From Amoebophrya sp. A120 (taxonomy: Eukaryota; Protista; Dinoflagellata), in NCBI GenBank assembly GCA_905178155.1, contig CAJINV010000005.1:7370989-7434988 (forward strand): a stretch of DNA of 64,000 nucleotides, read 5' to 3'. The notes under the pieces are model-generated. The model ran no database searches. It was given only the letters and a program-made list of their open reading frames with translations, and was not told the origin of the DNA. Shown one piece after another: positions 25,401 to 37,000 of this stretch. Position 1 is the first letter of the stretch. Every line of letters begins with the position of its first letter. A program made the translations under genes and the position numbers.

Positions 25401-28400
25401 CAGTCTGCGAAACATGGTTTCCACCGACGTGTTTCTGGCCAGGGAAGACATGCTGGCAACACCTGTACACCATCACGCACCTCACCAGCCGGCGAAGCAG
25501 AGCTCCCAGCTGGGAGCTGCACCTTCACATCAGGCAGTGGGGACGATGCCGCATGCGCAACCGCAACAAGAAGGCCTTTCAACACAAAAACCCACGAGGC
25601 CGCACGACACCGAGAAACAGCAAATCGACCAGGGTCAGCGAGAGATGCCCACCAAGGATCACGACGGATATATTGTAGAGAACGACAATTCCATGGAGGC
25701 CATGATGGGGTATTTCTTAGACAACCAGTATGGATTGCAAATATGTCTGGGTCTGGAAAGTTGGAACTTGTATTGCTGCTCTTACATTCCTGTGAAATCT
25801 GTACTGCGTGACCATAACAAAAGTCGCAGCCTCTACTCTTGTCATACGCGAACGCAGCCTCTCATGCGGACTGCGTATGAGAACAAAACGTTCTGCAAAC
25901 TTGTCATGCTTTCCTGCATAAGGAAGGGCTCTCTACTTGATGCACATTTTAGCATCAGAAATTTCCAGTAGACCCTGAAATATTTGCATTTGATAACCAC
26001 GAGGACGAAGCGATTCACACGGGGAAACAGAAGGTTGAAACCCTTATGGTCGACGACCCAGATCTCGCGATGAAACACTTGAAAGCGGGCGGAGATGAGG
26101 ACTTCGCCTCACTAAACAACTTCGGTGCAGCTGGTGGTCTTGCTATCAATCCAACAGAGATCAGTAGGTTCAACATGCGGCGCATGGCGAGTTCGATGCG
26201 GTTCACGACGCAGCCAACGCGGGCCATGACAACTAGGAGCTCGCTGGACAGAAATAGTAACGGGTCTTCGGTTGATGTACCAGCATCTACCGCAGATAAT
26301 ATGTTTCTCCCTGCAGTCCCAGAAGGGGAATACGAAAGACCGCTGACCATGCGAGGAGATTCGACAAGACGAGAAAGCGCTGGGGGCTTACTGCAGTCTT
26401 CGCGCCGAGGAGGAGGAGGGTCTATTTCTACTAGGAACTACCCTGCAAGAAGTAGGAGTGGCGCTACTTCTAGGTTTTCATCTTCCTCAGGAGCCCTGCA
26501 AGAAGACGCTCTTTACGACCACGGGAAACGCCCGAATCAGTCCTGGTTCCAGCACTTCTACTCCGCTCTGCAGGCCCGGAGCACCGCCATCCAACTAGAG
26601 CAAGAGGCGGCGACTCCCGCGACCATTACGGATTACAGCTCCAACAGCAGCGAATACTCCGCTTCGGGGGTCTTGGAAAGAGCGGGGTATGGGCGGTTGT
26701 CGTCGTCTACAGCGACAGGTACTTCTGCTTCCAGCGCCGCATCGGCCTCCGCCTCAGAGGCAGACTTTAACAGTAGGTCTTATCAGAACTACCAGCAGAA
26801 CTTCTACCCTTACTCCTCTCCTCTCAACGACGGGACCACGACCAGTTTCCGGCCGAGTTGGCACGACCATTATGAAACCGTAGAAGAATACGATGCGGAT
26901 CAGGGCTGGTATAGTGATGCGTATGCAGCTGCCACTGGCACTGACTACGCTTACCCTTATGACGCCGCCGCGGGGGGGTACGACGAAACCTATCATTACC
27001 AAGGCAGCGACAGAAGAAGTCCTTCCAGTATGAACAGAAGAAACAAGGGTTTTTTCGCGGCTCTGTTCGAGAAAACCTGGGCGACAGTGGAGGAGTACAC
27101 AAATTTGACGGGAAGTAGAGGAACAGGAAGAACAAGGACAGGGGCGGCCTATCAACGCGATGAATATACTAATCAGGACCTCCACCGCCAAATAGCAGAC
27201 CAAAAATCTTCTTTTGTTGATCCAGGTCAACATCATCAACACCAGCGGTACTATAACACTTACGAGGACTACGGATCCTATGCAGATGTCGAAGAGGATG
27301 AAAGCGAGGAGCACAGCCCGTATCAAATGCAAAAATGTCTTGGTCTGGAAGATTGCGAGATTTGTCATGCTTGTCTGGCATGACCAAAAAGTTTGTGATG
27401 CATGTCTAAGAAGAGACCCTTTTGCCTGTCACGCAAAAACGCAGTTTGTCACGCGAAAAACGCAACACAAAGAAGCGCAGATATTTCTCATGCTTGGCTG
27501 TGCATTACAGAGCATTCACTATTCCCAACGCAGCACTACAAGTTTCCAGACCCAGTCATTTTTGCATTTGATAGCCCCTTTATTTTCGCCACGGGCCAGA
27601 ACGTCCGCTATCTCGCAGCAGCCGGCGGTGGTGGAGCTGCCGCTGTCGAAAAACTTGCTGCAGGAGAAAAGAAGAGAGCTGCTCGCGCCGCCCCTGCATC
27701 GCCGGTGGTCCCTCCGCCCGAGGAGGGTTCCGCCGGTGGTGCGTTGTCGATCGTGGCAGGTGGGGGCGGAAGTAAAAATGCCGTTGGAGCTGCTTCGGGT
27801 CAGGAGGGAGAAGACGCCCATAACGTGACGCCGCCTGCACCACCGGGACAAATACCTGCGAATGCAGCTCCGAAGAAAAAGCTGAAAGCTTCCGGCATCC
27901 GAAAGGGGACGAAAACGGAGGTGAGCCCTTACAGATTAGCGGAAAGTAATCAGCAGATATCAAATGCAAAAATGTCTGGGTCTGGAGGGTTGGAACTTGT
28001 GATGCTAACTTTGGACTCTAAAAGCATCTGCATTGCATGACCGGCAAGAGGAGTCTAGTTTGTGCTACGCAGGGAGGGCTGCATTTGTCATGCGGAGTAG
28101 GCATCAAAGCCCTCTAAAAATTTGTGATGCTAGGCCGTGCATTACACACATCCGGGGTCATACAAAATATGCATGACAAACCCGGCAACATTCGAGACCC
28201 AGACATTTTTGCACTTGATAGCAAAGTTCTTCTATCAATCCAAACCCGAACACGGCGCAGGGCGCGAAAGCAGCAAGCTATGCAACTGTCAGGATTGAAA
28301 TCGTCAAAGTTGAAATAGTTTATCATGCATAAAATGCGACGCAGAAACTACCTGTCTTGCAGAGTAGGCAAGGAAGGCAGATTGTAAGCCTGTTGCGGGG

Positions 28401-31400
28401 TAGAAATAGAGCTGGTAAAGTAGCATGACAAAAGGCGTCTTCCTGACCTAAACAGCATGACAAACTGGGCTTCGGCTCTACTAAAATTTGTCATCCGCCG
28501 CTTGGAAATTAGGCTTCCAACTGGTATCGGTTTTAGGCATTACAAGTTATTTCGACTTTGTCGATTTCAACTCTGACACATCCATACAAGCACGGTCAAG
28601 GCTAGTACTAAAACTGTGGCACGGGGGCGGGCGAAGAAGAAGGGCGGGGTGAAGGGCGCTACTCCGTCAATGTTGAGCAACAACAGTAGAAACGTCGAAC
28701 AGTCGAACTATAGTAACTTATCCGACCACTCCGATGTTGCGAGTCAACCGTCTACTGGGGGCAACGACCGAAACGCCCGGTCCCTGTCACAAAAGAGCAG
28801 CTCTTCTAGTCAGGAAGAGGAGGGACAGGCTAAGAAGAAAAATGCTTCTCATAGTAGTAGAGCTGCGCCGGGGGCGGTTGAGAATAAAACTTCGCAGGCT
28901 TCCACTTCTTCCCAGCAACAGCAGTCTGCTTCTCGCGGTCACTCAACTGCGAAGGAGGTGATGAATAACATTCAGGAACGGCGGGAGAATTTGGAAGCCC
29001 GGTCCCAGTTCAACCCGTTGAAAGCCAAAGCAAGTCAGAAGTACACCGCAAAAGCGGTGACCGCGATCATTTTCGTCTCCGGGTTCGCAGACCACAACGG
29101 CGCGGTGCAAGAGGGATTGGACATGTTCTGGCACCTGTTCCGGTTGAAACAGTCGTTGGAGTACTTGTATCCGGACCACAAGCATTTGATCTACGTGAGG
29201 ATATCAACTGTAAAAGTGTCTGGGTCTGGAAGGATGTCACTTGTGATGCGCATTTCAGAACACAGAAAAATCTCTCATGCATAGGTAGCAAAAGCTGCCT
29301 AGTTTCTGTCACCAAACTGGGGCGACATTTGTCATGCGGATTTGGCATTGCGGAAGCTTCTCGAAACCTGTGATGCTAGAGCTTCCATGCCAGACCTTCT
29401 CTGTCATGCAAAAATAGCATGACTCTTCCAGACCCAGACATTTTTGCATTTGATAGAGGAGGTTTGAGAACCACTTCGACATTGTGGATTTCTTCGATTT
29501 ATGCATTGCAAAAGCTTATCATACTAGTTCAAATTCCATTACAAATTTGCTCAGCATGACAAAGGAATTTGCAGTGCTGTTTTGGCTTTACAAGGGAGAT
29601 TTGTCATGCCTAGCTGCAATTTGTAGTACGACTACGAGTCTGAAGATACTTTTGCAATGCATACGATTTCCAGAGAACGGGGATGAAGGTCTTGAAGAAC
29701 CTCGTGTGGTTCGAGCTGCGGATGCACGGGCACCCAGACATATGAAATGGCACAGCTTTCGTCCCTCCCCCTCAACATTTGTCATGCAAAATACCCAAAA
29801 ATCCACCCTTTGCCTCTTGGCACTGTTTGCATCACAAGTTCTGGTAGCTGCCCAAATAGCACTACACTCCAGCGCATCAAATTTGTCATGCAAAACCGGC
29901 TTTACTTTGTTTTGTTTCCTTAATTACTTAATACATACATACAAATGATGATGATGATGCTTAAGTTATGGCTGATTCTTATTGTTTTATTTTTCATTAA
30001 GAGGCCTTCCTCGCCACCCGGACGTCCTGCCGGTAGACCACCAATGTCATGCAAAACCGGCATTCTTGCTGATGCTTGTATTGCTGTCCATGCAGTATAC
30101 AAATGAGGGGGAGAGATAGTTGTGCACTCTCATAAGATATGATGAAAACGAGTCGGGTGTTGGAATTAGAGGATATGATTATCCCCTTCGAAATGAGCCG
30201 CAACGCGGTGAGAGCCCCTTTGGGTATCCTCTGCAAAAGTATCGTACTCGTATTGCAATCGTGCATTACAAATTTTTTTATCTAGGTAAATCAGCATTAC
30301 AAATTTACTTTCTCATGCCTGGGAAATTTGTCATGCATCTATACAAGTACGATGCTTTTGCATTGCATATTGGGCGGCTTACCGCAGTGCTGCCAACGGT
30401 GTTGCGCCCCCCGGAAGCCGAAACCCGCGATATCCAAGGCCAAGCCGCAGGGCGGGGCCGGAGCCGCGCCCATGTTCCACCACGGGCCGAAAATGGCGAA
30501 TTTTTTGCGGAAGATGGACGCCATGGACTTGTACGAAAGCAAGAAAGACGACGCTACGGGGACAAAACTCCAAATAGAGGAAAAAAGACATAACAAGGGT
30601 GTAGTAGGCGATAGAAAGAGCTCGAGAACAGACCGTTGGTCGGTGTCCGACCATATAAGGCACTCGTTGACTGGCTTAACCCCGGAAGAGGCGGCGCGGA
30701 GGGAAAAGGAGAACTTTGTAAATCGGAAAATTGATAAAAATTGGCAGCCCGAGGTGAAAACCTACACGTGGTGCTGTTGTCTGAAAGGGAGAAACAGACG
30801 CTACCACCCCTTCGCCGAAGCCTTGGCGGAACAGCAAATCGCAATTCCGACCATGCAAAAGCAACACAGCTACCGGATAGAAGAGTCGGTGGTTTACAGG
30901 TTGCATTCGTCCATCCTCAACGGCAGAACATCCGATTTCGCGCCGGACAGAGACACGAGGTCAACGATGAACCCGAATTACAATTCCGCGCCAAGTGTAA
31001 TGCAGCAACAGCAACACGAGGGCAAACAGGCTTTCGACAACCGGCATGCGGACGTGATTGACCCGACGAGTGAGGCGTTTGAATCGGACGAATTCTGGTT
31101 CGTCCGAGTTGTTATGAAATGCAAAAGCCTCGTTCTAGTAGTAATCGCATTACAAATTTGCTCAGCATGACCAATGGCATTTCTGATGCTGCTTTACCTT
31201 GAAAAAAGAGATTTGTCATGCATAAATGCGATTACTACGAGTGCGATACTTTTGCACAGGATAGGTGTGATTCTCCTGTCCAAATGTAGCAGCCCCGACT
31301 ACCCGCTGACCATCTACAACATGAGTTGCGAGGTGGGAAAAGACCCCCAGAACGGGATCGCGATGAACATGATGAAATTGTTCCAGTCGCTAAATAAAGT

Positions 31401-32428
31401 GAAGAAAGTTCCCATCCAAATGTTCGCCGCCCGGGAGTCTATCGCACCGAGAATGCCAACAGATTTACCCGTTCCCGTTTTAGAATTCGAAACGGGATTA
31501 GATGACGGGAGCGAAGAACTACGGGCGAGCCAAATCGCCGCGGCGAATTATATGAACGCTAGGGCAACTGCTGGGGGAGGGGGTCCTCAAGGTGGTCAAC
31601 GGCCTGCTCCGACTGCAGTGCACAAAAACCCCTACAAATTCGTGGTGAAAAATGCGTTCGCGAGGAATCCGAAGCAGATCAAGAAAAACATCAAGACTTT
31701 GAGTGGAATGAATGTTGCTAACGGGCAGGCAAGCAATGGTGCTAGTAATCCTTCCTCGCGCAGCATCTACGAGCGGTTTACGAATTACGAGTCCATCGAT
31801 GCAGACGTGAAGGATTTTGACTACTTGTTGACTCGGTACTTGTATCAACTGCAAATATGTCTGGGTCTGGGAGAACGGAACTTGTGATGCTGCATCTGGA
31901 TTGCAAAAAATCTGTATTGCAGGAGCAGCAGAGTGAATGTATTTTTTGCTGCGCGGACAGGGCATTTGTCATGCGGAATAGGTATCAAGAAGCCTTCAAA
32001 AAATCTGTGATGCTAGGGCATGCATCACAGACATCGTGGCTCATGCAAAACGTGCGTGACAAGTCTCGGAATTTTCTAGACCCAGACGTATTTGCGATGG
32101 ATAACTTGATCAACGATCAGAATGAGATGGACTACCATTACTGCCGGCATTATCAACTGCAAAAATGTCTGGGTCTGGAAGACTCATGCTGTTTTTGCAT
32201 GACACAGAAGGTCTGGCATGGAAGCTCTAGCATCACAGGTTTCGAGAAGCCTCCGCCATGCCGAATCCGCATGACAAATCCCCCATTTTGTTGACAGAAA
32301 GCGGGCAGCTTTTGCTACCTATGCATGACAGATTTTTCTGTGTTCTGAGATGCGCATCACAAGTTCTGACTCTTCCAGACCCAGACACTTTTGCAATCCA
32401 TAGGCATGTGGAAGTCGTCCCGACGTAG
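19442..32428 (+). CDS. Very large hypothetical membrane protein, ~2906 aa, 17 introner introns
   Basis: Single frame after removing 17 elements plus one TSD each (8721 nt). Two TM-like segments at about 24880-25075. Long low-complexity regions. Stop TAG at 32426-32428. Start codon not certain. Confidence 0.75.
21423..21691. mobile_element. Introner family A
   Basis: TSD GAGCA. Confidence 0.92.
21898..22161. mobile_element. Introner family A
   Basis: TSD CGACA. Confidence 0.92.
22244..22401. mobile_element. Introner family B
   Basis: TSD CCATG. Confidence 0.92.
22644..22900. mobile_element. Introner family A
   Basis: TSD GGAAC/GCAAC. Confidence 0.9.
24190..24441. mobile_element. Introner family A
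   Basis: TSD TCGTG. Confidence 0.92.
24504..24772. mobile_element. Introner family A
   Basis: TSD CTTAC. Confidence 0.9.
25729..25995. mobile_element. Introner family A (opposite orientation to 216-468)
   Basis: TSD ACCAG/ACCAC. Confidence 0.9.
27321..27573. mobile_element. Introner family A
   Basis: TSD GCCCG/GCCCC; close relative of 22644-22900. Confidence 0.9.
27958..28220. mobile_element. Introner family A
   Basis: TSD GCAGA/GCAAA. Confidence 0.9.
28279..28586. mobile_element. Introner family C
   Basis: TSD CAAGC. Confidence 0.92.
29202..29455. mobile_element. Introner family A
   Basis: TSD GAGGA. Confidence 0.92.
29500..29663. mobile_element. Introner family B
   Basis: TSD CGATT. 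Confidence 0.92.
29741..30134. mobile_element. Introner family E carrying a nested insertion
   Basis: TSD AGACA/AGATA. Confidence 0.88.
29901..30044 (-). mobile_element. Probable 5'-truncated retro-insertion nested in an introner
   Basis: Flanked by 17-bp direct repeat TGTCATGCAAAACCGGC; A-rich 3' end on the minus strand. Confidence 0.6.
30225..30369. mobile_element. Introner family B
   Basis: TSD TTGGG. Confidence 0.92.
31113..31263. mobile_element. Introner family B
   Basis: TSD GTTGT/GGTGT. Confidence 0.9.
31843..32103. mobile_element. Introner family A
   Basis: TSD ACTTG. Confidence 0.92.
32151..32402. mobile_element. Introner family A (opposite orientation to 29202-29455)
   Basis: TSD GGCAT. 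Confidence 0.92.
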
Positions 32429-34085
32429 AGGTAGAAGACGACCGCGTGCTCCTGGTGGTGATCGAAATAGCAAATTCATGTTCGGAAGTAGAACAGAACT
32501 TTCACGACCTGGAACAACTCCACATGGGCGACAAGAAAAATCGAATTGGGTACCATAGCAGTACAAGAAGAAGAAGAAGAAGAAGTAGAACGCGACATAA
32601 TAAATTTTCTCACTCTAGTACTGTAAACACGCAGGAGAAGTATACCGCAATCTAAATCTTCGCAACATAGTAAAACCAAAGGAAAAGCGCTTCTGACGAT
32701 TGCGCATGAACAATTATCTCGTCCCTAATTATCGTTTATGTACAATTCATTTCGAGAAGATATCTTATACGCACAGAAGACACACACATACTTACACATT
32801 TTTTCAGTTTTATCGAGATTGTGCGTCAGCACGTCTTGTTTGAACATGTAGCGACCTCCCCTGAAGAATTTGAGAAATGGAAGGACCTAGATTCATTTTC
32901 TCTCTAGGACTACATGCGCAGACGTTTTCGTTTTCCTATACTACACAACTTTTCGTTAGTCATGCAAGATCGAGGACCTCAAGAACAGCTACACAGCGCT
33001 CGCACAGCAGCTACATAGCATGGAAGAGTTTTTCCCCTTATAATTTACTTCATTTGACAAGCATAAACTACAGGCACTTGAGAATAGGCGTCGTTGTCGA
33101 ATGCGGGCGCCCAAGAGCACATGCGTGGATGTTGCTGTGTTCATTGCCGATAATCATGATCAAGATCTTTGTGTAATTGCGGTTACACGCAACATCAAGC
33201 TGCTGATGTTGACATCAAGGTAAAGATCAACTGCAAGTAGAGGACCACGCGGTTTAGGTTTGTCACGATCCAGAATCAAGCACTACGCATTGTTTTGGAG
33301 AAGAAGTAGAAGAGGGCTGCGCTTTCTAGGGTTGGTTTACCAAAGTAGATCCATAGCACCATTCCCATCTTTCCGATTTCTAACTGGGAGTAGTCAACAT
33401 ACTTACAGCAACGGAGAGCCAGGATCTTGACTCTCTTAGTTCGGATGGACGAGGTGAAGATGTCGATCATCATGATCTAGTTATCTGTCTAGCAGCTCCT
33501 CTGAAGATCTAGAAAGCCTGCGGTCAAGGAAAAAGTTGTCATGTTGGAGGTAAGTAGTGCAAGAGATTTTTGTGTACTTATCAATCTGTGTTTACGACGT
33601 AGTGCTAGAACTTCATGTAGACTTTCTGATCGTGCGCACTCACGCTCAGGATCGAAGCACTATCGATCATGTGGTGCAGTAGAAAAAACGCAATCATTTT
33701 TTCCATCTTGTTCGCAAACACAATATTTTGAAGATACGTCAGCGCCACTACTTAGCGTATATCTGTTTTGATTCCACCGCCTTATAGGACAGCATGGACA
33801 GGAACAGATTTCAACATTTACATTTCCCAAGTACGGAGCGCTTTTGTTACTTTCAATATTGAATGATCGACAGCATTTTTTCTCGAATAGCACTTTTAGT
33901 ACGAATTCTGAAAAAGTTTTTCACACGACCGTGGAGACATTTCCTGGTCCGGCGGAAAACGTTCGTTATTACTCGGAAAGAAGGACTTCTACCAGGTCCA
34001 GGACATAAGTTTCCTTTACCAGCAACTACTTCTTTTTTCAAAAAATAAAAACTTCCACAACGTACTATCAATCTCCACAACTACG

Positions 34086-37000
34086 ATGATTCCATCCACA
34101 CCCTTATTTGCCGCGGGGCGGCCACAGTCGCTGGCGGTATCAGCAGCCCTGCTCCTTTCTGCATTTCTTGCGAGCAGGCCGGTTCTCGGAGCTAGCAGTA
34201 GTAGAACAGAAGGTGGTGGTGGTGGTGTCAATATGCTCCCGCCGCAGCCACAGTTCCCCACGACCACGACGCCGGCGACGAGATTCTACAAGCCGCACAC
34301 CTTTGAGAAGCGAGAGACGGGTTTTCGCGCTGGGAGTTTTGCTAGCAGGGGCCCTTCGACGCAGTTCACAACTCTGACCGGAGCGACTGGTGCACCGAAC
34401 AAGCGTAAGAAGTACTACTCACACATGTATGCCGCCGTGGATAATTTTGCTACGTTCTCTAGTACGCCCGGACTTGCCTTGAACGGTGCTAGCATCCACT
34501 TTACGCTGCGACTGAAGGAGAAAGACAGCTGGCGGCAGTCAAAGAAGGCGAAGGCTTCTTCTATGAGTGACTGCAGAAATTATGAAGCCGGAGGAAGTGG
34601 AAGTACTGGTTCTGCTGGCCCTGGCGCGCCTTCGTGGTCTTCTTCTCTCATCGAAGATGAAGCTCAGGCCCGCCTCGGTCAAAAATCTCGCCCGATCAGG
34701 CGACAACGCGGGGAGTTAGAGGCAATGTCTGATCTGTTGGAGGCCGCGAGGGTGAAAAAGCCGCGACTTTTTAGCGTCGCGGAGCGGGTACAGAAGATTG
34801 AGGAAGGCAGGACTGCAGCACCAGCAGCAGCAGCTTCAACCCACAAGCGGAAAGCCTCTCCAACTTCTCTTGAACAAGCCTCATCGAGTGCTGGCACTAG
34901 TAGCTTGCGGCAAAAAATACAAGACGTGTCCGAAGAAGCAGGGACGAGCGCGGCCACAACATCGTCCTCTCCTCGCTTGACGCCTGACGCAAAGCGCCGG
35001 AAACTGTTTGACTCTGAAGCGCCGGCGTGGTCCACTAGTAGCGGCACCGGGAATAAAGAGGAAGACAAGAGGACGGTCACAAATTCAATCCTTAGGTCCG
35101 CACCGGACTTACGGACCACCCGGCCGGGTGGTCCTTAGGTCCGGTGCCCCAAAAGTTCCGTTACGTAACTTCACAAGCTGCAGCAGCTGAGTCGGCAGAA
35201 CCCTTACACGAGATTCTGCAGGTTATCCATTTTTTGATACTGTAAAAATATCTAGTTTTAAGATTAAGAATTAATTAATTCGTCGCCGGAGTGTGTGTGT
35301 CGAAGCCGGCGTCTCCATGTGGTGTCGGGGCGGATTCGGAGAGGCGCGGCGCCGATGTGGATTCTCCGCGACAGGCGACGGCGGTGGGACGGAAGACGCG
35401 CGACACAGATAGCTGGAGAGGTTGACTTTCGGGCCACACAGGAAGACGGGCTGGACATTTTCGGGCCACACAGGAGGATAGTGGTCCCCGACTTTATCCA
35501 ATACACACACGTAGCAGCAGATAATTTATGTCAACACAGGCAGTCCTGGAATTAATTAATTAACTTAGAAACTAAGTTTCTAAGTTAATTAATTAATTCC
35601 CAGAGCATGTATATGTCAAAAGCATCCCTGGCTTCTTTTTATTTTTTTTGTATCCTTTTTGTTTTTTCTTTACATTTTTGCTTTTTTTTGCTTTTTTGTT
35701 TTGTTTTTTCTTTTTGGATTCTTTTTTTTTTTTTAGAAGCCAGGGATGCTTTTGACATATACATGCTCTGGGAATTAATTAATTAACTTAGAAACTTAGT
35801 TTCTAAGTTAATTAATTAATTCCAGGACTGCCTGTGTTGACATAAATTATCTGCTGCTACGTGTGTGTATTGGATAAAGTCGGGGACCACTATCCTCCTG
35901 TGTGGCCCGAAAATGTCCAGCCCGTCTTCCTGTGTGGCCCGAAAGTCAACCTCTCCAGCTATCTGTGTCGCGCGTCTTCCGTCCCACCGCCGTCGCCTGT
36001 CGCGGAGAATCCACATCGGCGCCGCGCCTCTCCGAATCCGCCCCGACACCACATGGAGACGCCGGCTTCGACACACACACTCCGGCGACGAATTAATTAA
36101 TTCTTAATCTTAAAACTAGATATTTTTACAGCCCCCATTTTTTGCATGGAGGGGCGGCTCTATGCCATAGGCTGTTCTGATGTAGCGCAAAAAGTTTCTT
36201 TATGTGCACTAGGAAGGACTTCCTATTTGATTTCTGAAGCTATTTCGAAAGCTTCGCTTTTGATTTTGCATTGCAGTGAATTCGCCTTCCGCTAAAAACG
36301 TCACCCGTTGGCCGACGTCGTTCGCGAAGGCACGACACCGACGTCGTTCGCGCAGGCACAGCCACAATCGTATCGGGAACGGCGCTGACGCTGCGCCGGC
36401 TGATTTTCTTGCGGCGCCGTTCCCGATACGATTGTGGCTGTGCCTGCGCGAGCGACGTCGGTGTGTCTGCACGTCGGCGTGCCTGCGCGAACGACGTCGG
36501 CCAACTGGTGACGTTCCGCTAATACAGAAACTCAAACCGCAGCAAATGCATACACTGCAACGCAAAAACAAAAGTGGCGAAGCTCGTTAAATAGCTTCAT
36601 AAATCAAATTGGCATAGGCTCGCCCCTTCATGCAGAAAATGAATAACATGCAGAATCTCGCGTAAGATTTCTGCCGTCAGGGTGGGACTCAGCTGCTGCA
36701 GATTGTGAGTGAAGTTGCGTAAAGTAACTTTTGGGGCACCGGACCTAAGTACCACCCGGCCGGGTGGTCCGTAAGTCCGGTGCGGACCTAAGGATTGAAT
36801 TTGTGACCGTCCTCCAATCCGATGAAGAGGAGAAAAACAAGCCAACACCAAGCACTCACACTCCAGATACCGCAACGCATTCGGACGACCTCTCATCATA
36901 GTACCGGACAGCCTGCATTCATGATCTCGTCGGGGTCATCTTCCACTTCTCCTGCCAGCTTTCTTCTGTGCGAAGGAGAACAAGAAGACGATACTTCTCG

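Larger units (their letters stand above)
35069..36814. mobile_element. Non-autonomous TIR element, PIF/Harbinger-like, with two nested elements
   Basis: Long TIR GAGGACGGTCACAAATTCAATCCTTAGGTCCG...; 3-bp TSD CAA. Confidence 0.85.

Noticed and set aside
35264-36107. Identical ORF pairs on opposite strands
   Set aside because: A by-product of the foldback arms; no coding evidence.
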